From positions 55,180,001 through 55,244,000 of the forward strand of contig JBNRSN020000006.1 in the NCBI GenBank assembly GCA_051313645.2: a DNA stretch of 64,000 nucleotides, given 5' to 3'. The notes beneath the pieces were generated by a model, which had not been told where the DNA came from, ran no database searches, and saw only the letters and a list, made by a program, of their open reading frames with translations. The translations under genes were made by a program, and so were the position numbers. This stretch comes from Centroscyllium fabricii. Taxonomy: Eukaryota. Position 1 is the first letter of the stretch. The number at the start of each line of letters is the position of its first letter. This document shows positions 60,573 to 64,000 of this stretch, in pieces.

Positions 60573-63500
60573 GAATGATCAGTGGGAGATTTATCTGAGG
60601 CTGGTTGCGCATACCCATAATTACCTCCGTATGAGAGTCCGCAGACCCTGCCACAGCTACTTGGGTATATCAGAGGAAATGTGTGTGTTCACCACCCACG
60701 GTTCCAGTGAGAGGCCTTTTTCTAAGCCGAAATTGTGCGCTCAATGTGCCATCTTTTTGAACAAACGACAAAGTATCCTTGAGTTGTTGGAAGTTGACCG
60801 AACATGAGCACAGTAACAGAAATGTGTGTAATCTGCAAGACACCTTATGTATTAGTATATGACCACACATCATGCAACTAGGTTAGTTTACAAAGTCTTG
60901 AGGCCTGATGCTCTTGTAAAATGTGAGTGTCATGTTTTTCAGTTATTTCAAAGTAATTCATTCTGCACAAAACACTTTTAAACATTGAGATCTGTGCTAT
61001 ATAAATGCAAGTCGACTTTTCTGCCTTCCTTTTTGTAAGACCAGCTGCCTTTAGTTGATGTTCATGGTGGGGGATATGTGCCACTGAAGGTAATTAGTAG
61101 GTCGTTGGACCTCCTCTTCTCAGATTCAGAAACAGACCATTTGGCCCAATCAGTCTGTGCTGATGTACATTGCATCTTGAAGGTGTGCCCAACTGACGTA
61201 TGGTTCTGCATCAGACGCAGTGAAAGAGCTGTAAATTAATGTAAGGGATTGGCATGAGCGAGCAGTAAATGTGGAACAGTATGACCGGCAACAATTTGTG
61301 CCATAAGTTTTTGGACGTTTTCCTTGAAAGTGTTCTGCTGTCTTGTGCATCTGGTCCCAGGTCCTGTGGGTAGTGTGCGCAGTGCTGAGCCCAGCCACCG
61401 CCTGCTGCTAGAAATAGTGCACTGCTCTTCTGTTACAAGAGAGCCCCGAAGTGCCAAACCAGGCAACCCAACTCGTGCAGCTGCATGTCCCTTTTTGGTA
61501 ACCCACACACCGGTTGAGTCCATCACAGGCTCTTGTTTCAGGCCTTCAGATTGGGTTTCCATTTGCCTGGCATTGCTTCTGTTTCTCCTCCCCTCCCATC
61601 TCCAGTTCCAGCTTTGGCAAAGGTTGACAGATATTCAGAATTTCATTTTGAAGCTTTACAAAAGCTTAAGCAATATTTATCCCCATATGTAGCCACTTAG
61701 TTTTACGTGCATGGGTCCTTAAACTCCACCTGCTGGGAGCGTTTTGTGCATCTGCCATTATCCTAGCTCCCTGCACAGGGCCAAATCTGCATCGGCAGCT
61801 GTGAATAATTACTCCAATGAGTTGATCACAGAGAACTGCGGGCAGTCAGACTGCGCTGTTGTCTAACTTTGCCCGAGAGTCTAGGCAGAAAAGTCTGAAC
61901 TCTGCTTGGGGGGGGGGGGGGGGGGTGGAAATCAACCCTGTACTGTTTTTTCCTGTTCCTCAAATACAGGTTTTGCTATCAGTTTATCTCTGTGGTTTGC
62001 TTGGTGACCCGACAGATAGCTGTGTATCATGTTAGCTGATCTCCTGTGCAATTGTAGGTTCATTACTAAGTTCTGCACTTAGAAGACCGTACTCTGGAAT
62101 CGGCACCCCGCCTGATTAGGAAGATCTGCTTTTGGAGCAGACTTTGGGGTTGGTGTTGAAGGGATTGGGTTCCTGAAGTAGAGTACGCCTGTACTTAGGA
62201 TTTTTATCTCAGTGGGCTGGGTGCAAAACTGCAATGGAAGGTGTGAGATTTGGATGGTTATCCAGAGCCTTGGGTATAATTTGCGGTGTGAAGGAAAGAT
62301 AGCTCAGCATTTTAGAGGAATTGAGTTGGATATGCTGCATCTCCCCTCATGCTCATGGAAGATCCTTTTCGAATGGGTTTGTAAATTTTGATACAAGTTG
62401 CGATAATGCTTGGCAGCCTTGTTGAATGAGTGTCCTTTCTGTCAAAATGTTGCAGCAGTAATGCCTGCATTTGTAGGTTAGGGTAATGGCATGACTCTTG
62501 TGGAAGTTTGCAGTTACTGAGAATGGGTGCTAGCTCTGGTGAGATTACCTCCAGGAAATATTAGTAGATGAATCAATCGTTTTTGAGCAAAAGGGGTTCT
62601 GCAGTGTTGTGTTTGGCGCACTCCCTAATTCCGGAAATCTGAATGTCTAATTGAGACTAGTTATCTAGGTCATTGTTTTTTGCGCTGAGGTTGCTGTCAA
62701 TTGACCAGCCTAATTCATCCAGTGTGAAGCGCTTTGGGAAATTGGAGCGATGTGATGAGGTGTTCCATAAATGCAACAACTTCTTCCTTGCACCTGAATA
62801 TTTAAATTTATCCTCACACGTAGGTGCACGTCATCTTCAACCACGCAACCTTCAGCCACTTCCATGTGTGGCCCAGCTTGTTGCACACTTTTGTTTCAGT
62901 GCTGTTATGCTGATGCCTGTTCCAGCCATCTTTTCACCCTTTACACCATTTGTTGCAGAATGTTCAGAAGCCTGTCCCTGGGAGGGATGCCAGTCTATAT
63001 CCTTTGAGTGGGATGGCTGGCAGCAGTGTTGAGTGGCCGAGGAAGCTGTCTGTTGGGTGAAGTGGGCTCGCTTGTTTATATTTTCCCCCTAATCTGTGTG
63101 ATGGTTGGAATTGATTTGGGCTCAGTTGTGGGGCTGAAGCAAAACCTGACGGCCTCCGCCAATAGTACCACTCGATTGGTCCAGTATTAATCAAGAGTAC
63201 GCGTAAGCAAAAATACCCTCAGGCGGATTACAGGGACTGCCCTTTCACACATGACCTTAATACTATACTTTTATTTAATTGGGCATGTTTTTGAAAGGCA
63301 TCTGTTCAGCCCAGATTAACTTTTTACTGCGTGTATATCTTCAGGACCAGTAGCTCTACTGTGAAATATTTCATGGTTGGGTGAAGAAATGTCTTCCCAG
63401 TATTCTCTTCCAAAATGTGGTTACTTTTGTGTTTGATGTGTATGAAGCATTAAAGCTGTGTCATCGTGACAGTTGGACGCTGTTCTGGGTAATTATGACA

Positions 63501-64000
63501 TGTATAAAACCAGTTGTGTTCAACATAAGCAGAAAAACCTTGTTGCTAGGATTTGAGCAAAGTGGAATGTGACATTTCTATACTGTATCCATTTCAGCTG
63601 TGGGGGAAAAAATACCCACAGTACAATTCTAGAATCTGCCCTGCAAGTGTGGGTGGGTTGTCTGATGAGAGCATTTTGAACCAGCACTAGGATGATGTAC
63701 TGAGGGTTGCTCGTCTGTCACAAGTGGTGGGAGCAGCTTAGATGATGAATTAATAGGATCAAAATATTGGCTAAATTGTTTTTAAAATTTTTTTTACATG
63801 GCGTGTATTGCTACCAACACCCTAAACAAAGCTTGTGACCGCATTGTTTGATATAATTATTTCTGATATCGGGCTGTCAGCAGTTTGAAAATGTGACATG
63901 TCTCTGGCTCTCTGCCTTGTGCTGACACACTTCACACCATGCAACTGTTGACATTTACGTGTAATTGACACTGATTAAAAACGAATGTTAAACTCCAATG

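Noticed and set aside
61908-61925. Long G homopolymer (also C runs near 20168, 28198 and 39954)
   Set aside because: Simple homopolymers whose lengths are unreliable in assemblies, with no further structure.
57680-64000. Next RNF19A exon (expected from recall to begin GIGVPIMLAYVYG)
   Set aside because: I found no matching sequence. It presumably lies beyond the window.

Overview
This window is eukaryotic vertebrate DNA, most likely from a cartilaginous fish, judging by its repeats (V-SINEs with CR1 tails, Deu-domain SINEs, dense CR1/L2 LINEs, Penelope remnants). It holds the first five coding exons of one + strand gene, the RBR E3 ubiquitin ligase RNF19A (Dorfin): 22978-23564, 33981-34189, 39743-39887, 49276-49438 and 57565-57679. 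The splice phases join into one open frame of 1219 nt, and the gene continues past the window end. The rest is intronic and rich in transposons, so most ORFs in the track are LINE fragments or noise. The most notable non-genic signals are: (1) five short Penelope-derived, mostly fold-back inserts with 10-12 bp TSDs, plus a second Penelope family, carrying minimal type I hammerhead ribozyme motifs; (2) seven copies of a TA-flanked pogo/Tigger-like MITE with NRF1-like and YY1-like motifs, internal hairpins and variable minisatellite cores; (3) a 2.15 kb TIR element with a 3-bp TSD hosting three nested retroelements; (4) a 26-bp micro-inversion in a CR1, a NAGNAG acceptor, and five upstream ATGs in the RNF19A leader. 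Family names come from recall, not database searches. Repeat boundaries without a TSD or TIR are approximate.
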